64,000 bases of DNA from the human T2T-CHM13v2.0 reference genome, Homo sapiens: NCBI RefSeq assembly GCF_009914755.1, contig NC_060929.1; one strand, written 5' to 3'. The notes below the pieces were generated by a model. It was given only the letters and a program-made list of their open reading frames with translations. It was not told the DNA's origin and did not search any database. The number at the start of each line of letters is the position of its first letter. Position 1 is the first letter of the stretch. The position numbers and the translations under genes were made by a program. Below, one piece after another: positions 1 to 13,094 of the stretch.

Positions 1-334
1 GGTTCATTGAGTACTGTGCTGTGTAAATCTGGCAATTTGCTTCCCTGTGGACTCCTCTACCTTCCTAATTCTACATGATCTTGGTTTTGAAGTATTGGCT
101 AAAAAGGCTTCTAAAAGGGTATCCCTTTTGAATAGTTAAAAACAATTATATAGAAACAATGGGAAAGCAATATTGGAAGATAACTGTCTCCAAATACTCC
201 CAATTGTTTTCATTATAGGAAGCTTTAAAAGTGTGATTTCTGACAATTTTCTCTAAACTTTCCTGCTGAGCAGAGCAATAGGACTCTCCTTTGTGTTGAC
301 TGTTTTTACAACATAGTCTTGTGGCTTTGTGCAT

Positions 335-461
335 TCATTCCCAGCTCTGCCACTAATCAGCTGTGTGACCTTGGACAGGTTACTTAATCTCTCTGAACTT
401 CAATTTTCTTGTCTGTAAAATGGGGAATATAGAGTACCTCTCTCATGGTGTTGTTATGAAG

Positions 462-535
<74 letters not shown>

Positions 536-590
536 CTTGGAACACTGCCTGGCATGTGGTAAGGGCTATTTACATGTCAGCTCTTGGTTA
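335..590 (+). mobile_element. MIR SINE interrupted by a (TA)n microsatellite
   Basis: MIR core ctgtgtgaccttggacaggttacttaatctctctg...ctgtaaaatgggg; the 3' part ctgcctggcatgtggtaag resumes after the TA run. Confidence 0.8.
466..529. repeat. (TA)~32 microsatellite
   Basis: Perfect TA run, seen directly. Confidence 0.97.
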
Positions 591-2077
591 TTGTTCACTA
601 TTTTGGAGTTTGTTGGGGTGGAAGGGGAGGAATTGGAGCTCAGCTTCTCTGGGCTTTAGAAAACTGTGATTTTTTTTTTTCCTTATGAAACTTATGAGAG
701 AGAACAGGAAAAAAAAAGTGGCCATTCAAGCAGTCTTTATTAGTTTATTAACACTTAATCTAGGGTGTGTGTGCAAGCACATGCATATTTTTAAGTGAAA
801 GCATTTGCTGTCTATTAAGGACAGCCATTTGTTTTTTTAAACAGATTTAGTTCTGAATCTTCCTGTGAGCAGGTTTGACTATCTTAGGAGAGAAGTAATA
901 ATTTTGTCTGTTAGGTTTTGGATCTGTAGTGATTGTTCAGGTACTATGATGTTAGGCTGACAGTTTGCACCAAAATGGCCATTTTCCACATAAACTTAAC
1001 ATGGATGTGGCTTCATCCTGGAATCAAGGCCCTTTCTATGTTACATTAACTCCTTCAGGCATCACAGCTGACTGCCTCTCCTCACCACTAATTAGGACCC
1101 TGGTGACTTAAAAGAGTTAAGTGAAGCACTCCTAAAAGTAAGCAAGGGGAATAATTTGGATGATGGAAAATTCTGGTATTAAACTCCTGCTGAAAGGATA
1201 AGAGGTAGTAAACAGCCTAAGGCATACATGTAAATGACTGTAGTTGGCAGTATTTCTGTCTGTATTCTTTGTAGGTCTACAGGATATTTAAATAAAAGGT
1301 GCTTTTTTCTTTTTCTGGACTGGGTTTATTTCTGGTGAGAGTTTTGTTTTCTTTGCTACACTCAACCACAGTGCTTGGAGTACAGTGGTCTGAAAGAACT
1401 GGGAAGAATTTCTGTGTGTAAATATGACAAGTAACATCTCGAAATATTCTGGGTACAGTGATTGTTTTGCTTTTTTATCAGGGAGCTTGTATCTTTTCTG
1501 TTTTATTTCAAATAATCATTAATTGAATCTACATTCTGTCCGTCCTTTGTTTAGAATAAGGTGTTATTGTTGAGTGAGTTTTGGACTTTGCTTTTCGAAT
1601 TTATAGGACACATTGGGATTATACATTGTAAACTTGGAATTAATTATGTAGACCATTCTAACAACTGATATTCTACATCAATAATGTGTCCTTTGCTTTC
1701 TTTAATATTCTGGGCATTTTTGCCTGATTATGTAGCTATCCGTAGTGATTATCTGGTTTTAAGATGGGATTGTTTCCAGGTAATTTGACCACTGTGACTT
1801 TATTGTCTAGTTACTGAGTTAGTCGTCTTCTGTCAGGAGGCTTTCGTTTTCCAGGGGAAATTCTGTGCAATATTTGCATATTAGTTTTGACAAAGACATA
1901 CTGATTTTTCAGGAGAAAGCATAAAATACTATAGTATGCTTATCATGCTTTTCACCTTGGACAGTACTTTTCTTAGAATAGTGTCTCCAGTCACAAGGTT
2001 AAAAATTGCATGGGTGCTATTTCATGAACTGTTTAATTTTTTACTGTGTGGCTAAGGGAAACTATGCCCTAGCTTTG

Positions 2078-2123
2078 GATAGTAGAGTATTTAAGAAATT
2101 GATAGTAGAGTGTTTAAGAAATT
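2078..2123. repeat. 23-bp tandem duplication
   Basis: gatagtagagtatttaagaaatt / gatagtagagtgtttaagaaatt, 1 mismatch. Confidence 0.9.
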
Positions 2124-2820
2124 AAAACATAATAATGAGGCTGAGTATTGAAGTTGTATGCATATAATGTGACATAAAAGTGATGGCTGTGGGATGTATA
2201 ATAGTAATCTGATGCTTTTTCAAAGATACATCTAATACTTTTAGGTAGGTACCCAAGCAAAGGTATTGACTGAAAACTTTGTTTTATTTATGTGGAATTA
2301 GCTATGAAGTTTTAAGACTTAAAGGTCTTAGCTTTTAGAAACTTGCTGTAAGTCAATTTTCATAAAGGTAAATCATCTGTCACTTGGAAAAAGTCATGTC
2401 AGTTTGTCTCTTGAGGTGAGAATACCTGAAGATATATTTATTTAGTTATACATGTCATTGGTTTAAAACCTTTAGCTTACTGCTTGAACCTCTTGGTAAT
2501 GTTGCAAATTTTAATACTGTTGTTGAAAAATATTTTGAGTTAGAATTTTACTTCATCAGTAGGATTTTAGTCAAGAATTTACTAGTTGTTCTTATTTGTC
2601 AGCATCAAAGAGGATATTTGATGGAAACGAGTTTGAGCAGGCTTCTACAATTTAAGCATGGGTGATACAAAGAGAAATCTCCAATATGCTTATTATTATT
2701 ATTTTGCAAAAAGAAAGCAACAACACAATTCAGGGATGAAAACTATTTTTTAAAACTATTTTTGATTTTGTATTCACTGGCTCTTGTGGAGTTTTTAAAT
2801 CATTTAAAAAAAGACTCACA

Positions 2821-2823
<3 letters not shown>

Positions 2824-2872
<49 letters not shown>
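2824..2872. repeat. (TA)~24 microsatellite
   Basis: Perfect TA run. Confidence 0.97.
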
Positions 2873-2876
<4 letters not shown>

Positions 2877-3695
2877 TTTTTTCCTTTAGCATATCTATTT
2901 CACACAATCTCTTTTAACCTTTTTGACAACTATACCTATTTTTCAGTTGTTAAGTTTTGACCACGTTCTGCGTCTCATCTCCCAATGTGTCCTTTGGATG
3001 TTTCTTACACTGGGGAATGAAGATCCAGCCCACTCACTGTCATGTTCACTGTCTCAGTCTGATGCTGTGTGTACAGATTGCTTCAGTGGCAGCTATTTAG
3101 GAATAATGTATCCATCAAATGTGTCTTATACAAGTAGCCACAGAAGGAAAGGGGACATGTGTTTAGGACTTAGTCCCTCAAGCCCATGTCAGAACATCCT
3201 TCCTGCACAGAGACCACACGGAACACTCAGTGGGCCTGCATCTGCTCTGCAGCATTTACCCAGCAGCAAGAGGTCTCCTCTGCACTAGTGTGCAAGAACA
3301 CAGGTGGCTGCAGCAAGGTGATCAGTGTGATGGAGGGTGAGCAGAAGCCTCACCTTCAAAACTCTAATTATGACATGCTGCCATATGGGAACACAATTCA
3401 GCAAATGAAAAGCAATAGGATAGGGAGGCTGATGGTGAGAAACGATAGGCTCAGATGCCCTTGTGACATATGCTGTAGCTGCATTTGCAGGCTGAATGTA
3501 AATTTTCATTAATTTGCTCACATTTCCTCTCTCCTCTTTTGTGTGAATGATGACCTCTACATTCAGTGGGGTCCAAGCTATTGATGATTTTTAATCTTTT
3601 TCTTAAACACAATGGGGGAAATTACAATGAAGTGTTACAAGTGTACTTTTCCTTACCGAGGAGATAAAGTGAACAGGTTTTAAAATCATCTCATT

Positions 3696-3995
3696 GGCCA
3701 GCCATGGTGACTTATACCTGTAATCTCAATGCTTTGGGAGGCTGAGGAGAGAGGATTGCTTGAAGGAAGCCGGGAATTGGAGACCAGCCTGGGCAACATA
3801 GCAAGACCCCATCTGTGCAAAAGTAAATAAATGAAACACTTAGCTGGGCGTGGTGGTGCATGCCTGTAGTCCTAGCTACTTGGGAAGATGGCTTGAGCCC
3901 AGGAGTGAAGACTGCAGTGAATTATGATTGTACTACCGCCCTCTAGCCTGGGCAGCAGAGTGAGCCCGTCTCTTAAAAAAATAAAATAAAAATAA
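3696..3995 (+). mobile_element. AluJ-type SINE
   Basis: Alu dimer with J-like ggattgcttga and cctgggcaacatagcaagacc, an A-rich tail, and TSD-like aaatcatctcatt / aaattatctcatt. Confidence 0.88.
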
Positions 3996-4549
3996 ATTAT
4001 CTCATTGACTTTATTTTAAATTTGCCTAATGGATCCTTTTGAGGAGCAGCTCTTCCTACCCAGTGCTCACTGAGTCCACCACTGGCTGTGTGTACATAAC
4101 CTCTCCCTTTTTTGGCCTCCCCAGACTTGTTTTCATTTAGGAATATTCCTGGGAACATCTGCTGTGTTTTGAGAATACCAGCCACGTCAGGATTCCCACT
4201 CTGCCTCTGATCCTAAGGGACATATTGAGGATCCCTGATGCTCTCTAATCCCCCTATGTGCATCATTATGATTGGAGGGTGGAAAAATAAGCATAAGCGT
4301 AACATTTTCCAGTCATGTTGGATGGTGTCTGTTGCTTGTACTCGTGTTTATGTTGAATGATAAAAGCTTGTGAAAAGCAGAAGAGCTGCTGCTTGAATGA
4401 AGGTGATAGATGCCACCTGGCTGGGCCTGTCACTGTCCAGCAGGGTGTGGGTGGCAGCACAGAGTGTAGACCCCAAGAGGACAGTGTAAGGGAAGAAGCC
4501 CGAGGGACGCCTTCTATCTAGACAGACATTTGTGCCTCTGGAAAGCAGC

Positions 4550-4800
4550 CCAGATGTCAGTGAAGAACTTTGGCTCTGGATCCAGACAGATTTGAGTTAG
4601 AACTCAGTTTTACTCTGTGTGACCGTAAGAAGACAGTATTACCCCTCCCAGGCTCATTTTTTCATCTGTAAAATGGAAATGATCATTGTACCTATCTCAT
4701 TAGATTGTTTTTGGGATTCAGTAAGACAGTGTTTATGAAGAATCTAGCGTGATACCTGGCACATCATAAATGCTCAATAAGTCTTAACTTCTATTATTAT
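4550..4800 (+). mobile_element. MIR SINE
   Basis: ctgtgtgacc...tcatctgtaaaatggaaat...cctggcacatcataaatgctcaataa. Confidence 0.75.
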
Positions 4801-4999
4801 TATTCTGTCATTGTTACTACTCTTCTGTCATTATTATTAAGTAAATACTGTAGCCTTCACAAGGAAGCAGAGCCTAGAATCTAGGAGTATCTCAAGGTGG
4901 GAAGGGGGAAAGGCAATAATGCACCCATGTGTCAAGGTAGCTGAAAGTTCTCGTAAGAGGGACATTGGGCAGAGAAGGCAAATATTTGCTTAGTTAGAA

Positions 5000-5240
5000 C
5001 AGGGACTGGCAAACTGCAGCCCATGGGCCAAGTCCGCCCCCTGAACAAATCTGGCGTATGTGTTTATATATAAAAAAAACTTTTATTGGAACACAGCCAC
5101 GCCCACTTGTTCAGGTATTGTATATTGCCGCTTTTGTGCTACGATGGCAGAGTTGAGTAGTTGCAACAGAGGCCATGTGGCTGGCAAAATGAAAAATATT
5201 TGCTTTCTGGTCCTTTACAGAAAAAGTTTGCCAGCCCCTG
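5000..5240. mobile_element. MER58A-like non-autonomous hAT-Charlie DNA transposon
   Basis: TIRs cagggactggcaaact...agtttgccagcccctg; 8-bp TSD agttagaa / agttagag; internal ttttattggaacacagccacgcccac. Confidence 0.88.
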
Positions 5241-5992
5241 AGTTAGAGAAGTGGATGGTCAGCAAAGGCAAGAAGAAACATGGCTGAAAGTGTTTGTTCT
5301 ATCTTTGCATCAAAAGCTGTTTTATTCGCTCTGATTTTTACTAAGGAAAGTGTGTGGTGGGCAGAGATTCAGGTAGATGCCGATTGGGAAGTGCAGATTT
5401 TTGTAGGTGCAAGGCTTTCTGCTATGGCCCCTATCTCGGGCTTCTGTGTAGGAGTTTGTACCCCTGGGATTGATGTGGAATTGTGTGTTGAATTAGGTTT
5501 ACATCATCACATGCAAGTGAAATGGCTGTAGTTGAAACTTCTGGTGCCTCGGGGTTGGGAGTCATTTTTGGGAGGGGCAGTATGGGCAGTATGTTTGACC
5601 CATGGTGCTGCATAACTTAGTGTCAGCATCTCATTGAGCTAGGCATCTCATTGTGGCTTATAATGTTCTGTGACACTGTCGGTGTGGCTTGCCTCAATCA
5701 TGAAGTGAGACTCATTTGTTTTATGTTGTGAAGAAAGTATTTTATAGCTGACTGTTCTCTAACTCTGTATTTTGCCCTAAGAAAGCCACAAATTAAGGTG
5801 GGAAGCAGTAAAGAGTGTTTGTTATTTTCTTTTGGTCTGAAGTTCTGGCAGCATGTATAATTTATTAATTTGCTTATTGCTGTTTCTAGTGATTAAAGTT
5901 ATATTTCATGCAAATAATCTTCTCCATTCTGAGCTGCCTACTGGCAACTCCCCTTAGAAGCCCCTCAGGGCCGCAGCTCAGCACCTCCCAGC

Positions 5993-6048
5993 CTTGTCAT
6001 TCCTCTTAGACCTCCTAGTGCTTGTCATTCCTCTTAGACCTCCTAGTG
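5993..6048. repeat. Perfect 28-bp tandem duplication
   Basis: cttgtcattcctcttagacctcctagtg, two identical copies. Confidence 0.95.
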
Positions 6049-6317
6049 GTAGCTGACATTTGCTGTCTTAGAGAAGGGCACCACTGTCCACCTGGGGCCC
6101 CAGGGAAGACCCTCGCCATCCGTTTTCTTCTGCCCATCTCCCCACACACTTGCAAGAGTCCTCAGGAAACTATGGCCACTCCCTCCTTAGTGTCCTTGGC
6201 ATTACCTTTGCTCTCTGCTGACATTCTTGTGCCTTCATTCTGATTTCCAAACTTATTGACTCTTCCCGGGTCCTCCTACAATCTCATTTATGAATATACT
6301 TACTGAATATTTGATAA

Positions 6318-6760
6318 ATATTATATAACATATTATATATTTATAGAATATATTATATAACATATTATATATTTATAGAATATATTATATAACATATTAT
6401 ATATTTATAGAATATATTATATAACATATTATATATTATAGAATATATTATATAACATATTATATATTATAGAATATATTATATAACATATTATATATTT
6501 TAGAATATATTATATAACATATTATATATTTGTAGAATATATTATATAACATATATATTTATAGAATATATTATATAACATATTATATATTTATAGAATA
6601 TATTATATAACATATTATATATTTATAGAATATATTATATAACATATTATATATTTATAGAATATATTATATAACATATATATTTATAGAATATATTATA
6701 TAACATATTATATATTTATAGAATATATTATATAGCTTATATATTATATAGCATATTAAT
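6318..6760. repeat. AT-rich minisatellite, ~32-bp unit, about 13 copies
   Basis: Unit gaatatattatataacatattatatatttata, with 29-32 bp variants. Confidence 0.93.
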
Positions 6761-9700
6761 ATTTTATAAATATATAGCATAATTATATTGTGACAGTATA
6801 ATGAATAACATAATATATACCATCTATATTATATGTAAAGTGTAAAAATATATAAGTATAGAAAATTAATGTGTTATACATGTCATTTACATAATTTATT
6901 TTTTAATTTATATCATTTTATTTTTAGTTTAGACTTAGTATTTTTTTTAACTCACTTATTTTAGTCCCATCTTAAGCAACAGTTTCCATGAGATTATGGG
7001 TTGTAGTACAAATTACCTGTGTTTTCTAATACACAATACAGTAAAAGTGTCAATAAACAACATGCAGCCTGGACTCATCCCAAGGAACATGGAAAACTCC
7101 TTTTGGGAATTTCTGTGTCAATTGTTGCCGTTTTCTTCTAACGTGGATTAATGTAGTCTCCTGCCTCCCTCCCCCTGCTTCTTTCTGGTGGTCCATCTCT
7201 GCTGTTGCAGGAATGTCTGCCCCAAACACAAACATGGTGCTGTCACAACAATTCTAAAATAATGCCCTGGCTCTCTCTCATTTCATGGTGACAGTCTGTA
7301 ATGTAGATTCCTGCAGTTCAATACAGAGCTACAGAGCATCAAAGAGAAAGGGATCGTGATTCAATTCCAGGTTTTCCTAACTTCTTATCAGTGATTTCCC
7401 ACAACCTTTTAATAGGTGTGAGCTTCAGTTTGTCATCTGGAAAATGGGGTAATAAGGCCCATCTCATGAGCTACTGTGAGAATTCTACTATACTTAGTCC
7501 AGTGCTAGACACATAATAATCACACAAACGGTAACATTAGTATTTTCATTATTGTATTCATCATTAATCATGACCTCTGTGATCCTTTGTTTCTCATATG
7601 TAACTGAGGATGAGGCATGATGAGGTTTTTGTTAGGATTGCATGACCGGTTTGGGGGGCAGTTAGGGTGGGAGAGAGTAGTGAAATGCCTGGTAGGACAT
7701 GTGGCCTTTGGGGTTCACTAATGCAGGCCGTTATTACAGTAGCACTTATCAGACTCTGTCTCTCAGTTGAGAGGGCAGCTCCCTGGGGGCAGGCATCATG
7801 TTTGATTCTGCTGGACATTCTCAGGGCTGAGCAGCCTCGTGAACAGACCTGAAGTGGATAAATCCAGGGTTCTCACATCTTGTGCGTCATGGCCATTTAA
7901 ATAGTCACTGTGTTTTCATCTGTGGTGTGGGGGCAGCCCTCCTTGTTCCTTCTCCTTGGTTCACGAAAAGCTAATTAAGAATGTGGATAAAATAACCTAT
8001 CTTAGAGGAGGTGGTATGGCAATCTAATAAGCTAATAATAGTCTAATTAATGTGCTTTTTCTTAGCATAAAGTTTTTCTGCTCTTTTTCTGCCATAATGT
8101 TCTGTATCACTAAAGAAATTTAGCTTTTAACACTAGTTGTGTTGTCTGACTTTAAATTATTAAAGTAGATAATGAAATGGCTGGCAGTACAGTCAGAGAT
8201 CATTGGTTGAAATCATTGCAGGGCATTTGTTTCTATTTTTTTTAGCTGTATTGAAAGAGACAGATTTTGTAGTCTGGTTGTAAGACTTGGTTGAAAGAAA
8301 TACAAAAACAAATGTGTCTAGATGCAGTGGTGCTATGCTTACAATGCAGTGGTAATTTTAGGAGAGCCATGAGAATCTAAGGGCTCTAATAAGTGACAGA
8401 TTAGCTTTAGCTATCTCACTGGTATAATAAGACACAGAGACTCTTCTCTGGGCCCGCTTGTGTCCCTCCAAGAGGATCACAGCATGTCCTACTGTGATCG
8501 TCCTCTTCTAATTCTTGATTTTACAAAATACCCTTGGATTTTTCAGCTCATCTCTAACATCACCTCCTCTGTGAAGCCTTCTCATTATTTCAGACGTTTT
8601 ATTCTCTTCCTTTCCTGAGCAACATTTGCGTTTGTTACTGGTTTTTAAGCCTCCTCAAGTGGTTTTCTGTGGCTATGCTTTACCTTCTCAAGGACAGTTA
8701 CAGATCTTTTTGCTTGTAAGCAACATAAGCTATGCCAGTGTATGCTGCCATCCAGTGTTGCTGTGGGACTGAACTAGGAGAGGGGCAGGACAGGAGCCAG
8801 TCCTCATGATAGTGCTGGGTGATGCAGGGATGGGAGTTGGATACCTGTCTGTTGATGGTTCAGATTCTTTTTTAACCTGGAATAATATGATAGTATTCAT
8901 GGATCTGGACAATTGTACTTGCATGAAAATGACAGATTGTTATCCTGTTAATGGATTAACCATGAGGTTAATGTTCTCTCCTGTATATGTTTCCTATATT
9001 TTAATCATGGATCAGAAATAGGCTTTGAAAATGGTTGCACAGAGGATAGCAACATAGAAGACCTGGCATATATTTTCTTTTTGTTTACCGTTACTATTCT
9101 GCAGTGCAATCCTTGCCTTCAAGAGCTGTTAAAATGGGATTTCCAGCTTTATCAGTTAGTCTTAAAAGTGACCATCCCTGGCATCCATCGTCTCTAACTC
9201 CCGTCAGTGTCACCTCTTTCCTTTCTGTGATATACAGCCATTGGAGAGGTTTACTAAATAAAGTAAATTTTTGTCTGTAGTGGATATTCCCCAGCCTGAA
9301 CTTGAGTCCTAATTGTTCGATGTGTATATATCTTTGTGAGGTTATTTCTTCTCTTGGGAAAATAGTTACTCTCTAGTCTCGTGTTTACTCATATATTGGC
9401 ATTTATGTTTTGTGTGCCATGTGATTACATTAGGAGATGCAAGTAACTCTGCTTTGAAGCACTAGACATAGATGGTCTCTTTCTGTGGGTGTTGGAGACA
9501 GAGAAAGAATGCTAATGGAGAAAAGCCACCCAAGACAATACTACTTTTCCTTTTAGGAGTCAGTAGTCCTCTTGTCTTAGGAGAGACTTTTATTCCATTT
9601 TCCCATTTGTGCCACAAAATAAACTTTCTACCAAAAAACAAATGGATGGATGGCGTCTGCTCTCACAACTCCAGTCATATGCCCAACCCTGGAAACTGGC

Positions 9701-10314
9701 CACTCCAAGGATTAGCAGCTTGCTTCAGTTAAATCCGAGTGATTGGGCCTGTCTGCTCATGTTCAGAATTTCTGTCTGGGTTGTTGGTGTTTAATATCAC
9801 GCCTAGTTTACAAAATTGTTTCAGTGAACTTTTTATCAATGTGTGAACCGTCCTGAGTATAGCAGATGAAGTTAATAGAACAAATTAGTATCTTAGTTAA
9901 TATGTGTCAATTAAAAATCAATCAATCTAAAGCCTCAAGGGAGGGGGGTGCAAATGAGGAGCTAAAAAAGGTGTTTTCTAGTTTGCCCAGGTACTAAGCT
10001 ATGATAACTTAACCATTCTGTGACCTTTAGTAGAAGAACTGTTTAGCTGGGTTTTGTGCAGTTACCTGAAGGGTTTGCATAAGTTTTTCTTAGTTTAAGT
10101 CCCCTGTTTCCAAATTTTACCTTCCTCCCAACAGTGTAGTCTGTGTGTGTAGACCCTGTACTTTCTTATTGCTCTCTCATTCATGTAGTATTTGGTGATT
10201 CTCTCAAATATTAGATGTGGCTGTAAAGGTAACAAGAGGAAAGTGATATTCCTCAAGGAATATGCTAAAAGATTGATTGCCTGGGTGTGAATATGGTCTT
10301 AGAGGGGAAGGTGA

Positions 10315-10665
<351 letters not shown>

Positions 10666-12396
10666 TAATGCTTTTAAATGCATGTGGCACAGGAACAAAG
10701 GCCACCAACATGACTAATGAGGAAAATTGTGATGCAGTATAAGAGAAGTCAGGATGTGTTTGCCTCATGCTTTATGGCTATTTTTTAGAAAGCTAAAATA
10801 ACTAATATGTATCACAGTAACTAATGTGTATCATGTGCCTACTGAGAACAAGCACTATGCTAGGTACATTATACACATTGTCTCATTTCATCTACATTGT
10901 AGTTCTTATTCAGCCAGTGAGTAGCGAAGTTGAGAATCAAATTCAAATCTGTGACTTCAAAGGTTCTTTTGTTTTCTTTTTGCAGTAGGGCCTTTACTGT
11001 TAGGTGTGATTTTATCTGGAATGTATGAGAAAAGTTGTACCACTTTTTTCTGTCAGTTGTAATCATAAAACAAATAAATACCTCTTAAAAACTTATGATA
11101 TTCAAACACTTGGTTTACTTTAATATAGATGAGGAACATAGTTTCCTCCGAATTTTACATTATGTTACCTTCAATTCACCACAGTTGATTTAAGGAGACT
11201 TGTAGAACAATCTTTATCCATAATTAGTTGTTCCATGAAATATGTATTATTTATTCTTTTTGTCTCTAGGGGTTGTTCAGAAAGAGCTACAGTGGTAGAA
11301 TAGAAGCCAATACTCAATTACCCATGAAAGTGAAGTAGAGGATGGGAAAGAATGCTGATGACTGTAATAAAATCTCGATGTTATCTTAGTCTGTGCCGTA
11401 AGTGTGCTTCACTCTGGGATTCCCATCTTAACCTTCTAATTCAAGACTGAGAGCATTTTCTTTGACATACTTCTCTAGAGTAGACAGATATTCGACCAAA
11501 TTAAGTGGCATGGTGCTCCAGGGAAAGATCTCTGGTAATCTTTATAAGAATATGAGGTACATTCTTCTAATTGCATACGACCAGTAGGTTTTTTCTCAGA
11601 TGCCAGCCCCTATTAATTGGTTGTGACTGGCTGGAGCATACACAGTCTGAGAGTGATTCTTTAGGCCACAGAAGGGCTGCACTGGAAGGGACCGGATTGA
11701 TTCATCCAGTCTGCCATGACTGGAGAGGGAAGGGAGTGGGAGCCTACGTGACACACATTTGCCATCACTTTCTGCCACTTCTCTATGCAAATAAATTATG
11801 AGTCCTTAAGTAAAAAAGTTATTCAGTTTCAAAAATAATCATTAAGGAACTGGTCTTAATTATGTTTTTTTCTACATGTACAGATCTGTCCCTGTCTAAG
11901 AAAGTTTATTTTAATAAATGTGGGATGAATGTGGTGAGTTGAAATGCTCTATCTTATTAACATTAAAGGTATGCAGATGTGTTGCCCTATTTTGTTTCTG
12001 TTAAAATTAGTGAGTCTGAAGTGTTAATAAACTGTCAGGCCACCAATTTCTCTCTTTGCTGCCTGTATTTACTTCCTTCCTTCATTTCCTTCCATCTTCC
12101 TCTTTTTTCTCTTGCTTTCTTCCTTCCCTCCCTTTTGTTCTCTTTCTCTCCCTTTCTCTCTTCCTTCATAACATCACAGAAGTTAGTCCCCAGCCACCAA
12201 ACCTTAAATTTTTGTTGTACTGTTGCATGTTTGAAATTTACAAATACTTAATTTACATAACTGACATCAACCGTAGGCATCATCAATGCCTATAGTGTTG
12301 TGCCCTGTGAAAGAAAAGCCAGAATCTTTCTTGTGGCGTATAATGTTCTTTGTGATCTTACCTCTCCCATTCCTTCAGCCTCATTGTTTATTGACA

Positions 12397-12405
12397 GCAT
12401 ACACA

Positions 12406-12450
<45 letters not shown>
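12397..12450. repeat. (CA)n microsatellite with embedded GCGCGC (alternating purine-pyrimidine)
   Basis: gcatacacacatgcgcgcacacac...acat. Confidence 0.93.
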
Positions 12451-12788
12451 TATTGGAATCATGTTGATTTGTTTGGAGAGCTAGAGCCAAAACTATGCCA
12501 TTCTTTCTGCTTTCTGTGCCTTTTACCTAGAATATACCACTTTCACCCAGGTGCCTTTGGGCTCAGCACAGGTCTCCCTCTTCTGGCAAGCTTTTCATGA
12601 CCCCAAAGGCTGACGTAGTTGTCCTTCTTCTGTATTAGTATCCCGTCATAATAGTAATACTAATGTAATGTATGATAAATAATGATGATGATGCACAACA
12701 GTGGGTAATTGTTCAGGTTTTTTTTTTGCTAAGAGCCATACCTGGATTATCTTGTAATTATACAACTGTTTCTTAAAGTAGGTATTAA

Positions 12789-13094
12789 GGCCGGGCGCAG
12801 TGGTTCACACCTGTAATCCCAACACTTTGGGAGGCCGAGGCGGGCGGATCGTGAGGTCAGGAAATCGAGACCAGCCTGGCTAACATGGTGAAACCCTGTC
12901 TCTATTAAAAAAAAATACAAAAAATTAGCCGGGCATGGTGGCAGGCACTTGTAGTCCCAGCTACTCGGGAGGCTGAGGCAGAAGAATGGCGTGAACCGAG
13001 GAGACAGAGCTTGCGGTGAGCCGAGGTCGTGCCACTGCACTGCAGCCTGGGGTGACAGAGCGAGACTCTGTCTAAAAAAAAAAAAAAAAAAAAA
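12789..13094 (+). mobile_element. AluY-like SINE inserted in a MIR remnant
   Basis: Y diagnostics: ggatcgtgaggtc (2-nt deletion), ctggctaac, aatggcgtgaacc, gagcttgc; long poly-A tail. Confidence 0.9.

Noticed and set aside
2923-3521. Three overlapping 78-121 aa ORFs
   Set aside because: No homology recognised and no exon-like boundaries I can support.
6318-6760. Regular ~32-bp periodicity suggestive of a CRISPR array
   Set aside because: Head-to-tail units with no unique spacers, eukaryotic context and no cas genes; it is a minisatellite.
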